IMG/VR virus record: IMGVR_UViG_3300049139_000199
Coordinates: 1-24,713 of that record
Source: a virus
Lineage: Duplodnaviria; Caudoviricetes
DNA: 24,713 nt
Direction: 5' to 3' (one strand)
Part shown: one piece after another, positions 17,401 through 24,713 of the stretch
Numbering within the stretch: position 1 is the stretch's first letter
Layout: each line of letters begins with the position of its first letter
Notes under the pieces: generated by a model
What the model was told of the DNA's origin: nothing
Database searches by the model: none
Seen by the model: only the letters and a program-made list of their open reading frames with translations
Program-made: the position numbers and the translations under genes

Positions 17401-18825
17401 TCACGCCGCCGACACGACCCGCAGCCGGCTCTTCGGCGCCCGGGCCACCGCGCCCGGCTTGCCGTCCTCCAGCGCCGCCAGGACCTGACCCGCGTAGTCC
17501 GCTGCCGCGTGCGTGTAGATCCACGTCACCTCGCCCGCGCGCTCATGGCCGAGGATCTCCTGGGTGATCACCTCCGGCACTCCGCGGTTGTGCAGCCGGG
17601 AGGCGTAGGCGTGCCGGACGTCGTGGAAGTCCGGCCACCAGTCAGTCCGCTCCACTTCGACGGTGCGCGCCCGGCCCGTCTGTTCGTCGACCCGCTGGAC
17701 CTTGACCTTCTTCACGGTCGTGCGGACGACGCCGGCCTTCGTGATGGCATCGATCCAGAGCCGTCGGAACGCCGACCGCCGCAGCGGCGCTCGGTACGGC
17801 TCACCGCTGCTGCCGTTCTGACGGCTCCCGCGGCGAACCCTGTTACGGCCGTGGAAGACCAGCTCGTTCTCACAGAGGCCGTCCTTCGGCTCGGACACTG
17901 ATCGGCTCGCGTCCGGCTCGCTGGCCCACACCTCACGCAGCACCCTGGCGGCCAGGCCCGTCATCGGGACCGTGCGCAGACCGGCGTCGCTCTTCGGATA
18001 CGCCTTCCTCTTGATCTTCCCGCGCGGCTCGACCAGGACCTCACGCACGTGGATGCGGCGGCCCTCGAAGTCGACGTTGCTCCAGCGCAGGCCTGCCAGC
18101 TCCTGGAAGCGCAGTCCTGTCTCCTGGGCGACGATCAGCAGGTTCTGGGAGTGCTCGGGCAGCTTCTGCCTGACCAGCCAGAGGTGCGCGTAGGAAGGGG
18201 GCCGCCGGTCCTCGGGGTGCTTCTTCTTGATTGTGGGGAGCTTCACGCCCTCTGCCGGGTTGAAGGGGAGACGCCGGTCGCGCTTCGCGTCCTCCATCAT
18301 CCGGTCGAGCACCTGGAAGCACTTCGTGACCGAGCTGGCGGCCAGCGGCCCGCCGTTCTCGTCATGCAGTCCGTTCACCCAGAGCTGGATCTCGCGCCAG
18401 GCCAGCTCGTACAGCCGGACGCTGCCGAAGGTGGGCGCGATGTGGTTCCGCCACATCCCCTCGTCGCGCAGCTGAGACTGGGACCAGTCCTCGATCCGGG
18501 TGCAGCCCTTCGTCTGGGTCGGCCACCACAACCGCCACCAGGCGGTGAGGGTGATCTCGCCGCGGGCCGGGTCGATCCAGGTTCGCTGCCGCATCTCGGT
18601 ACGGGTCTGCTCCAGGAACTCGACGGCGGCCGTGAATGTCGGCTTCGTCTTGCTGCGTTCCTTGCCGGACGGATCGGTGTAACGGGCCTCCCATGAGCCG
18701 GTGTGCTCGTCGGTGGGCGGCCGGCTGCCGGGGAACTTCTTGAGGCAGGGCGGGCAGCCGCACTTCATGCTCGGGTTGGGGCGTGGGTTGTTGGTGGCCC
18801 TGGCCTGGGCCTTCTTGCGCACCAT
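17401..18825 (-). CDS. int: Tyrosine integrase
   Basis: 474 aa with catalytic residues in 'TGLRFQEL', 'PKS', 'FHDVRH', 'ILGH' and 'WIYTH'. N-terminal arm-binding 'WEARYTDPSGK'. Adjacent to the tRNA-derived att core. Confidence 0.97.
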   Translation of the reverse strand: MVRKKAQARATNNPRPNPSMKCGCPPCLKKFPGSRPPTDEHTGSWEARYTDPSGKERSKTKPTFTAAVEFLEQTRTEMRQRTWIDPARGEITLTAWWRLWWPTQTKGCTRIEDWSQSQLRDEGMWRNHIAPTFGSVRLYELAWREIQLWVNGLHDENGGPLAASSVTKCFQVLDRMMEDAKRDRRLPFNPAEGVKLPTIKKKHPEDRRPPSYAHLWLVRQKLPEHSQNLLIVAQETGLRFQELAGLRWSNVDFEGRRIHVREVLVEPRGKIKRKAYPKSDAGLRTVPMTGLAARVLREVWASEPDASRSVSEPKDGLCENELVFHGRNRVRRGSRQNGSSGEPYRAPLRRSAFRRLWIDAITKAGVVRTTVKKVKVQRVDEQTGRARTVEVERTDWWPDFHDVRHAYASRLHNRGVPEVITQEILGHERAGEVTWIYTHAAADYAGQVLAALEDGKPGAVARAPKSRLRVVSAA

Positions 18826-18842
18826 CGGGCGTGCTCTCCTGA

Positions 18843-19094
18843 TCAGAGGTTCAGGGCGCCGACGGGCAGTGCCGTGACCGTGAGCTCGCGCGGGAGGTCA
18901 AGGCGGGCACCACAGAAGCAGAAGAGGCCGGCGCCGGGGATGGCTGGTGCGCCGAGGTCGACCGCGAGGATCGCGTGCAGTTCTCTGATCAGGTCGTGGG
19001 GGTGGGTGCCCCTGTTGACGAGGATGGTGACCTCGTCCGGGTCCCAATGGGCGATCGTCGGGAGATCGTCGACCATGGCGATGCGGATGCACAC
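18843..19094 (-). CDS. Small hypothetical protein between repressor and integrase
   Basis: Likely GTG start at 19094 after GGGGGA, giving 83 aa (MCIRIAMVDDLP...RELHAIL...LFCFCGARLDLP). The start position is uncertain. Confidence 0.6.
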   Translation of the reverse strand: MCIRIAMVDDLPTIAHWDPDEVTILVNRGTHPHDLIRELHAILAVDLGAPAIPGAGLFCFCGARLDLPRELTVTALPVGALNL

Positions 19095-19313
19095 AGGTGT
19101 CCCCCAAGGATGTGCGTGCGGGCACGGAATGATCCGCTCCGGGAGGACAGCGGGTGACTGATCGTACCTGTGTGTGAAGGCCCTGGGGAGGCCGATAGGA
19201 AGATCAATCAACGGTTTGTTTTAGGGCAGATGATTTCCGTCAGGCGCTCCCATTCTGGACATTTTGGGTCACTTGAAACAGACCATTCAGGTTAAGGCAA
19301 CCCTTACCAACTG

Positions 19314-19781
19314 CTATGAGGCGCGACTGACTTGGACGGCTGCCGCAGCATCTCGGAGCATCGCTTCGGCGAACTTGACCAAGTCGCGTTGCTTGCCCTC
19401 GGGCAACTGTCGATACAGGGTGAGCAGTCGCCCCTCGCGCTCCTCGTCGGCCCGCCCGGGCACGGGTCGGCCGGCCGCCTCGAACATCTCCTTGGTCGTG
19501 ATGGCCACCCCCCATGCGCGGAAGGCGTCCACCAGGGAGCGCAGGGTGTCTGGGGCGACGCGGGACGTTCCGCGAGTGCGGTTCATCCACGCATTGAGGG
19601 TTGGGTAGGAGATGCCGGCGGCACCGGCCAGGTCCTTCTGCGTTCTGTCGGGCACCTGCTGGAGGAGGCGCTCAAGAAGTGCCGCCAGGTCCTCGCCGTG
19701 GGGGGCTCGGTCCTCGGCGGGGTGGGTCACGCCGGGATCGTTCTGGGGGCTGGTCACGCTCTGAGGATCCTGCATCGGCAT
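19314..19781 (-). CDS. Immunity repressor (XRE HTH)
   Basis: HTH 'TQKDLAGAAGISYPTLNAWMNRTRG'. It is divergent from the Cro-like gene and co-oriented with the integrase. Confidence 0.85.
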   Translation of the reverse strand: MPMQDPQSVTSPQNDPGVTHPAEDRAPHGEDLAALLERLLQQVPDRTQKDLAGAAGISYPTLNAWMNRTRGTSRVAPDTLRSLVDAFRAWGVAITTKEMFEAAGRPVPGRADEEREGRLLTLYRQLPEGKQRDLVKFAEAMLRDAAAAVQVSRAS

Positions 19782-19893
19782 CTACATACGCAAGTAGATC
19801 GCAGATCCATGACCCGTTCTTAGCGGTGCCCCGGCGCAATACGTCGCCCCTGTGCGCCCCTCTCACACGTAGCCACGCCCCTGTGCGTATCCC

Positions 19894-19922
19894 TTGACTC
19901 GATATGCATCTACACGTAGATT
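19894..19922 (+). promoter_or_regulatory. Early lytic promoter (HrdB/sigma70 type)
   Basis: TTGACT-N17-TAGATT, overlapped by the palindrome ATCTAC-AC-GTAGAT (19908-19921). Confidence 0.75.
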
Positions 19923-19986
19923 GTAGATACCGCAGGTCAGCAAGACCTACGGACCCCTGGTTCGGCCATGCGCCGGAGGTTTCACC

Positions 19987-20490
19987 ATGCGACGACTGGA
20001 CAAAGGTGCCCCGCTGCGGGCCGCCATGAAGGCGGCCGGGCTGGACATCCCGCGCCTCGCCGCCAAGACGAAGGACGTTGATCCCACAGGCGAGGGCCTC
20101 TCGCGAGCGATGGTCGGCTTCGTCGTTGGCAGCGGCAAGACGGCCCGGGAGGAGTGCAGCGACCGAGCCGCCGAGCTCATCGCCTCAGCACTCGACCGGG
20201 AGCTCGCCACGCTCTTCGAGTCGACCGTTTTCACGCTCACGGAATCTACATCTACGCGTAGATCGAAGATCGAGGATCGGCGAAAGCCGGATCTGCCCGA
20301 GCAGCTGATGGACCAAAAGGAGCTGGCTCGGTTCCTGCGGAAGTCCTTGAGCTGGATCGACAAGCAGATCCAGGACTGGGCGCGGGACCACGAGGACGAC
20401 TGGCCCGGCCTGATCTACGTCGGCCGCAGCCGGCGCTTCGACCCGCACGCCGTCCTCGCCGGCCTTCAGCGGCAGCGCACCGCCGCCTGA
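19987..20490 (+). CDS. Cro-like regulator fused to an excisionase-like HTH
   Basis: GGAGG RBS. N-terminal XRE-like fold, then C-terminal 'LMDQKELARFLRKSLSWI...YVGRSRRFDPHAV', a Xis/HTH_17-like winged pattern. Confidence 0.7.
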   Translation: MRRLDKGAPLRAAMKAAGLDIPRLAAKTKDVDPTGEGLSRAMVGFVVGSGKTAREECSDRAAELIASALDRELATLFESTVFTLTESTSTRRSKIEDRRKPDLPEQLMDQKELARFLRKSLSWIDKQIQDWARDHEDDWPGLIYVGRSRRFDPHAVLAGLQRQRTAA

Positions 20491-20570
20491 CACACGGAAG
20501 GGCCGCCCCGGATGCGACCCGGAACGGCCCTCACACACCCGAAAACCCCTACGTCAAAGGAGAACAGGTC

Positions 20571-21167
20571 GTGTCCTACAAGGTTAACGGCAAGGTCAGG
20601 GCGGGAGGTGCGGAGCTCGTCGCGCAGGCCTGCGGCGGCGACCGCACCGCATTCGGCGCCCTCTACACCCGCCACTACGACGACGTGTTCGGCTTCCTCT
20701 ACAACCGGACCCGCGGTGACCGGCAGTTGGCGGAGGACCTGACGCAGGACGTGTTCCTGCGGGCCCTGCGCCGCCTGGAGACCTTCAACTCTCCCCGATC
20801 CAGCGGCTTCGCCGGGTGGCTGATGGTCATCGCCCGGAACATCTACCTGGACCACGTGAAGCTGGCCCGCACGCGGCTGGAGACCCCGGTCGCCGAGATG
20901 GCCGACGGCGACCGGCGCGACCGCTCCGCCGAGGCGTCCGCCCTGCGGGAGCTGGACATCGCCGAGGCGGCCGAGACCGTGGAGGCCGCTCTGGCCGAGC
21001 TCACCCCGTACCAGCGGGAGTGCGTGCGGCTGCGGTTCCTGGAGGATCTGTCGGTGCCGGAGACGGCCGCCCGGCTGGGCAAGGGCATCGGCGCCACGAA
21101 GACCGTCCAGTTCCGCGCGCTCCAGCAGATGCGGAGCAACCTCACCGCCACGGCGGTGGCGGCATGA
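20571..21167 (+). CDS. ECF RNA polymerase sigma factor, BldN-like
   Basis: AAGGAG RBS, 198 aa. Region 2 'AEDLTQDVFLRALRR...WLMVIARN..LDH' and region 4 'LTPYQRECVRLRFLEDLSVPETAARLGKGIGATKTVQFRA'. Confidence 0.9.
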   Translation: MSYKVNGKVRAGGAELVAQACGGDRTAFGALYTRHYDDVFGFLYNRTRGDRQLAEDLTQDVFLRALRRLETFNSPRSSGFAGWLMVIARNIYLDHVKLARTRLETPVAEMADGDRRDRSAEASALRELDIAEAAETVEAALAELTPYQRECVRLRFLEDLSVPETAARLGKGIGATKTVQFRALQQMRSNLTATAVAA

Positions 21168-21478
21168 CGGAGCAGATCGCCTTCGGCTCGCTGGCACCCG
21201 CATTGGCGTTCGTCGCCCGCCTCGCCGAGCTGCACCCGGGCCTCACGGCGCCATCCCTGACCTTCAGCGGCATCTTCCCGAACCGGGTGAGCCTCTGCAT
21301 GGACAGCGCCACCGAGATCGAGGCGTGGCGCGAGGCCCTGCACATCTCCACGGAGGACGTCGCCTTCAGCGTCGACGCCCAGGGCCAGATGCGGGTCGGT
21401 TTTGACGCCGAGGTCAAGGGCGTGGAGTTCCACGCGTTCGCCCGCTTCACCGCCAAGCTGGAAGGGGCCGCAGCGTGA
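21164..21478 (+). CDS. Hypothetical phage protein (104 aa)
   Basis: ATGA/GTGA coupling to both neighbours and GC3-rich codons. Confidence 0.75.
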   Translation: MTEQIAFGSLAPALAFVARLAELHPGLTAPSLTFSGIFPNRVSLCMDSATEIEAWREALHISTEDVAFSVDAQGQMRVGFDAEVKGVEFHAFARFTAKLEGAAA

Positions 21479-22221
21479 ACAAGAACGTCCCCCACGCCAT
21501 CCGCGTGATCCGTGCAGCCATGGCGTCCACCGGGAGTGACCCGGCCGCCACCGTCGCTCACGCCCTCAACGAGGTCCGCCTCCTGGTCGACCCGGAGAAG
21601 TCGTTCGGCGCGATGCTGCACCGGACGCCCGCCGGCGGTTGGACCCGGGAACGGCCGCAGCAGCTCACCGAGCTGGAGCAGCAGGCCCTCGCCTGGGACC
21701 AGTCGTGCCAGAAGGCGCAGCAGGTCGCGGCCGCCATCGAGGCGCAGATCGGGCAGCACCCCGAGTTCCAGAACGTGCAGGTCGACAAGGACCGGGTCCT
21801 GGTCGCGCTGCACATCACGGACCAGGCCCAGTGGGTGCAGTGGCGGCAGTACTTCGGCATCACCCACGACGTGGAGCAGCCGCTGCCGTACGCGGTGGCC
21901 GGGGACGGCTACCGGGACGGTGTCCGGGTGTCGGTCGTGGCCTACGACCTGCCGCAGGTGCGGGCCCGGGCGGCGCAGTCCGCGAAGCGTCCGTTCCAGC
22001 TCGGCGGGGTCGTCTACGACCTGGCGCTGCCGCAGCGGGACTGTGAGGGCAACGTCTGGTTCTTCCAGGGGCAGCGGGCGGAGGACGGTATGCCGCTGCT
22101 GTCGGTGGACGGCCGACCGGAGCGGTGCTCGCTGGGCAAGATCGTGCAGTCCGTGGGCCCGCTGACGCCCGTCAAGGCTGCGGCGACGCCCGTCAGCGCG
22201 CAGGGCGGTGAGGTCGCGTGA
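21475..22221 (+). CDS. Hypothetical Streptomyces phage protein (recalled resemblance to phiSA1p31-related family)
   Basis: 248 aa, translationally coupled. C-terminal 'GVVYDLALPQRD..GNVW...GMPLL...VGPLTP' domain. The family name is from memory only. Confidence 0.7.
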   Translation: MNKNVPHAIRVIRAAMASTGSDPAATVAHALNEVRLLVDPEKSFGAMLHRTPAGGWTRERPQQLTELEQQALAWDQSCQKAQQVAAAIEAQIGQHPEFQNVQVDKDRVLVALHITDQAQWVQWRQYFGITHDVEQPLPYAVAGDGYRDGVRVSVVAYDLPQVRARAAQSAKRPFQLGGVVYDLALPQRDCEGNVWFFQGQRAEDGMPLLSVDGRPERCSLGKIVQSVGPLTPVKAAATPVSAQGGEVA

Positions 22222-22742
22222 GGATGCTGGTCGATCACGTTGCTGTCGCTGCTCGCTGCCGCGCCAACCCTGGCCAGTGGCAGGAGGTCGGCGAGTACAA
22301 CTCCACGCTTTCCGCTGACGGCATGGTGCGCGCGATCCGCGCCGCCTACGTTCCGGCCTCTCGACGAGCGCGGGCAACGTCCGCCTACGCCCCGGCCGGG
22401 GCGTTTGAGGCGACGCGTGTGTTGACGGAGTTCGGCGCCCGGGTGGAGGCCCGCTACGTGGGCTCGACGGACGAGGTCGGGAACGACGCCGTGACCGCGC
22501 TGACGGCCACGCCGCAGACCCGCCGCGCCTACCTCCTCGACCGCCTGCGGGAGTACGGCCGCCCCGTCACCACCCAGCTCGCCGAGGAGCTCATGGCCGA
22601 CTCGCCCTGGCCCACGGCCGGCCGGAACACCCTCCGCAAGACCCTGCGTGGCCTGGCCAAGCAGGGCGACCTCGTCCCGGTCGACACCGACCAGGGCCGC
22701 ATCTACCACCTCACGGCCTTCGCAGAGGGGACCGCCCGATGA
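22218..22742 (+). CDS. Hypothetical protein with possible C-terminal winged HTH
   Basis: 174 aa, coupled. 'LLDRLREYGRPVTTQLAEE...NTLRKTLRGLAKQGDL...RIYHL' resembles a wHTH. Confidence 0.65.
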   Translation: MRMLVDHVAVAARCRANPGQWQEVGEYNSTLSADGMVRAIRAAYVPASRRARATSAYAPAGAFEATRVLTEFGARVEARYVGSTDEVGNDAVTALTATPQTRRAYLLDRLREYGRPVTTQLAEELMADSPWPTAGRNTLRKTLRGLAKQGDLVPVDTDQGRIYHLTAFAEGTAR

Positions 22743-23122
22743 TCTCGAAGCTCGCCATGCTGGCGAAGAAGACGATCGAGGCCGCCTGGCTGAACGGGTC
22801 GTCGTACGACCTGGCGACGCAGGCCGCCGAGGCACTGGAGTCCGCGCAGCTGCTCCAGTCCCCCGACTCCGAGGTGATCATCTACCGGGCGGCGTGGGAC
22901 TCGGTCCCCCTCCGCTGGTACACCAACCCGGACGCCGCGCGAGAGCACTGCACGACGCACGCCCGCCGCGACCTCCCGGGTGCCGCCTTCGACTGGATCG
23001 AGGACGAGGAGGACGGCGTCGCCGAGCTGGTCGCCACCGTCGACGGCGAGGAAGGCGTGACGGGCTACACCGTCACCACCCTTGAGGTCGCCTCCAAGTA
23101 CGACGCGGAGGCGGACGAGTGA
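22739..23122 (+). CDS. Hypothetical acidic phage protein
   Basis: 127 aa, ATGA/GTGA coupled. Confidence 0.7.
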   Translation: MISKLAMLAKKTIEAAWLNGSSYDLATQAAEALESAQLLQSPDSEVIIYRAAWDSVPLRWYTNPDAAREHCTTHARRDLPGAAFDWIEDEEDGVAELVATVDGEEGVTGYTVTTLEVASKYDAEADE

Positions 23123-23418
23123 GCGCCTACAGCCGCGCCTTCCGGGCGCTCACCAGCGGCCGTGCTCTGCCCCCCGACGAGGCCGCGCAGCTGCTCGCCG
23201 CTCTCCGCAAGGAGCACGGCGACGAGCTCGCGGACGCCCTCGGCGAGCACGCCACGGAGCACTACCGGCCCCAGTCCACGGACAGCAAGGCCGACGACCG
23301 GCGCAAGCGCCGCGCGTACGGCGCCGTGATGCGCGCCGCCAACCTCGCCCGCGACATCGCGAGCAGCCCCTTCCGAGCCACCGTCCCGCCGCAGAGCAAC
23401 GACCGGAGCACGTCATGA
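23119..23418 (+). CDS. Hypothetical phage protein
   Basis: 99 aa, coupled to both neighbours. Confidence 0.7.
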   Translation: MSAYSRAFRALTSGRALPPDEAAQLLAALRKEHGDELADALGEHATEHYRPQSTDSKADDRRKRRAYGAVMRAANLARDIASSPFRATVPPQSNDRSTS

Positions 23419-24674
23419 CCTTCACCTTCGCCCCCGCGACCCGCGAAACCGCCCGGGCCCGCATCGCCCTCCAGGGCCCGGGCGGCTCCGGCAAGACCAA
23501 GACCGCCCTCCGCATGGCGGAGGAGCTCGCCCAGGGCGGCCTGATCGGTGTCGTCGACTCCGAGCGTGGCTCCGCCCTCAAGTACGCCCCCGTCCCCGGC
23601 CGCCCGGACATCGAGGCCCACGAGTTCGTGCACCTCCCGATGGCGTTCTGCTCGCCCGAGAACCTGATCGCCGCAGTGAACTCCGCCATCGAGGCCCGCA
23701 TCGCCGTCCTCATCATCGACAGCTGGTCCCACTACTGGGCCGGCAAAGGCGGCCTCCTCGCCCGTGTCGAGGAGGAGGGCAAGAAGATCAGCGGCGGCAA
23801 GTTCAGCGCCTGGGGTCCTGTCAACGAGATGGAACAGGACATGTTGGACGCCCTGCTGAACTTCCCGGGCCACGTCATCGTCACCATGCGGACGAAGAAC
23901 GACTACGAGCTGAGCAACGGCAAGGTCACCAAGCGGGGCGTCAAGACGGTGCAGCGCGAGGGCGCCGAGTACGAAGTCGACGTCGTCATCGACATGGTCG
24001 AGGGCACCGGCACGGTCACCAAGACGCGGTACTCGGCTCTGGACGGTGCCTGCGTCCACCACCCCGGGCCGGACTTCGCCGCCGCGATCCTGGAGCAGCT
24101 CGGCCAGGGCGTGGACCCGGTCCAGGTCATCGTGGACGAACTGGTCGCCGACGGCCTGACGTATGACCGGGCGCTGGAGCTGCACGGCCAGGCCAAGGCC
24201 CGGAACCTCCTCGGCTCTGACCTCCTGCACCCGAAGACGGGCGAGCCCGCGAAGCTCGGCGACCTGATCAAGGAGTACGGCCAGGCCGTCAAGCCTGTCG
24301 CGACGGGCGTCACCAACGCCTCGCCGACCCCGTCAACGCCGCCCGCTGGGCACGACCAGGGAACCCCGCCGGCCACGCCGCCCGCCGCCGAACAGGACCA
24401 GGGCCCGACGCCCGTCACGGCGCCGCAGATGCGGATGATGCACGCCTGCTTCACGAAGGTCGGTCTCGGCCACAAGGACTCGCGCGCCGAGCGTCTCCGC
24501 GCGACCTCGCTGATCATCGGCCGCCGGATCGAGTCCGCGAACGAGCTGACGAAGGACGAGGCCCAGACCCTCCTCGACACGCTCACGAACTACGGCGAGC
24601 GCGGGGACACCGCGGCCGCCGACTTCGCCGAGATGGTCCAGGGCCTGGAGAACGAAGCCCTCACGTCCGCCTGA
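23415..24674 (+). CDS. AAA / RecA-like ATPase (Sak4-like recombination protein)
   Basis: ATG 23415 follows GGAG, giving 419 aa. Walker A 'GPGGSGKT' and Walker B 'VLIIDS', then a Pro-rich linker and a small helical C-terminal domain. Confidence 0.85.
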   Translation: MTFTFAPATRETARARIALQGPGGSGKTKTALRMAEELAQGGLIGVVDSERGSALKYAPVPGRPDIEAHEFVHLPMAFCSPENLIAAVNSAIEARIAVLIIDSWSHYWAGKGGLLARVEEEGKKISGGKFSAWGPVNEMEQDMLDALLNFPGHVIVTMRTKNDYELSNGKVTKRGVKTVQREGAEYEVDVVIDMVEGTGTVTKTRYSALDGACVHHPGPDFAAAILEQLGQGVDPVQVIVDELVADGLTYDRALELHGQAKARNLLGSDLLHPKTGEPAKLGDLIKEYGQAVKPVATGVTNASPTPSTPPAGHDQGTPPATPPAAEQDQGPTPVTAPQMRMMHACFTKVGLGHKDSRAERLRATSLIIGRRIESANELTKDEAQTLLDTLTNYGERGDTAAADFAEMVQGLENEALTSA

Positions 24675-24713
24675 TTCACCACTGACCGCGGGCCCGCCCC
24701 AACTCCCCCCATG

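Noticed and set aside
17211-17567. 118-aa plus-strand ORF beginning MGLTGFEPVASSLSG
   Set aside because: This is the typical spurious translation of an antisense tRNA fragment, and it overlaps attP and the integrase end.

Overview
This window is 24.7 kb of a high-GC temperate siphovirus, almost certainly infecting Streptomyces (tRNA-Ile att core, BldN-like sigma factor, TTA codon use). It appears to be in the free or excised state, because the att site has phage arm repeats on both sides. Gene order is: tail module (terminator, major tail, frameshifted chaperones, tape measure, two minor tail proteins; 1-8979), lysis module (amidase plus three membrane proteins; 9041-11105), an accessory cargo block (11145-17100), attP and tyrosine integrase (17120-18825), the immunity switch (repressor, Cro-Xis-like protein; 19314-20490) and early genes. 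The cargo block carries a HAD hydrolase, an XRE-HTH/helical-repeat regulator, two Cys-rich microproteins and a three-gene ATP-grasp RiPP (graspetide, tgmABC-type) cluster whose ligase is split by one in-frame TGA. It also has a small XRE gene and a 650-bp hairpin-rich noncoding region with two inverted homologous RNA-like units. Other notable items are a phage-encoded BldN-like developmental sigma factor and an inverted pair of perfect DnaA boxes inside attP. All family assignments come from motif recognition and recalled sequences; no database search was run.
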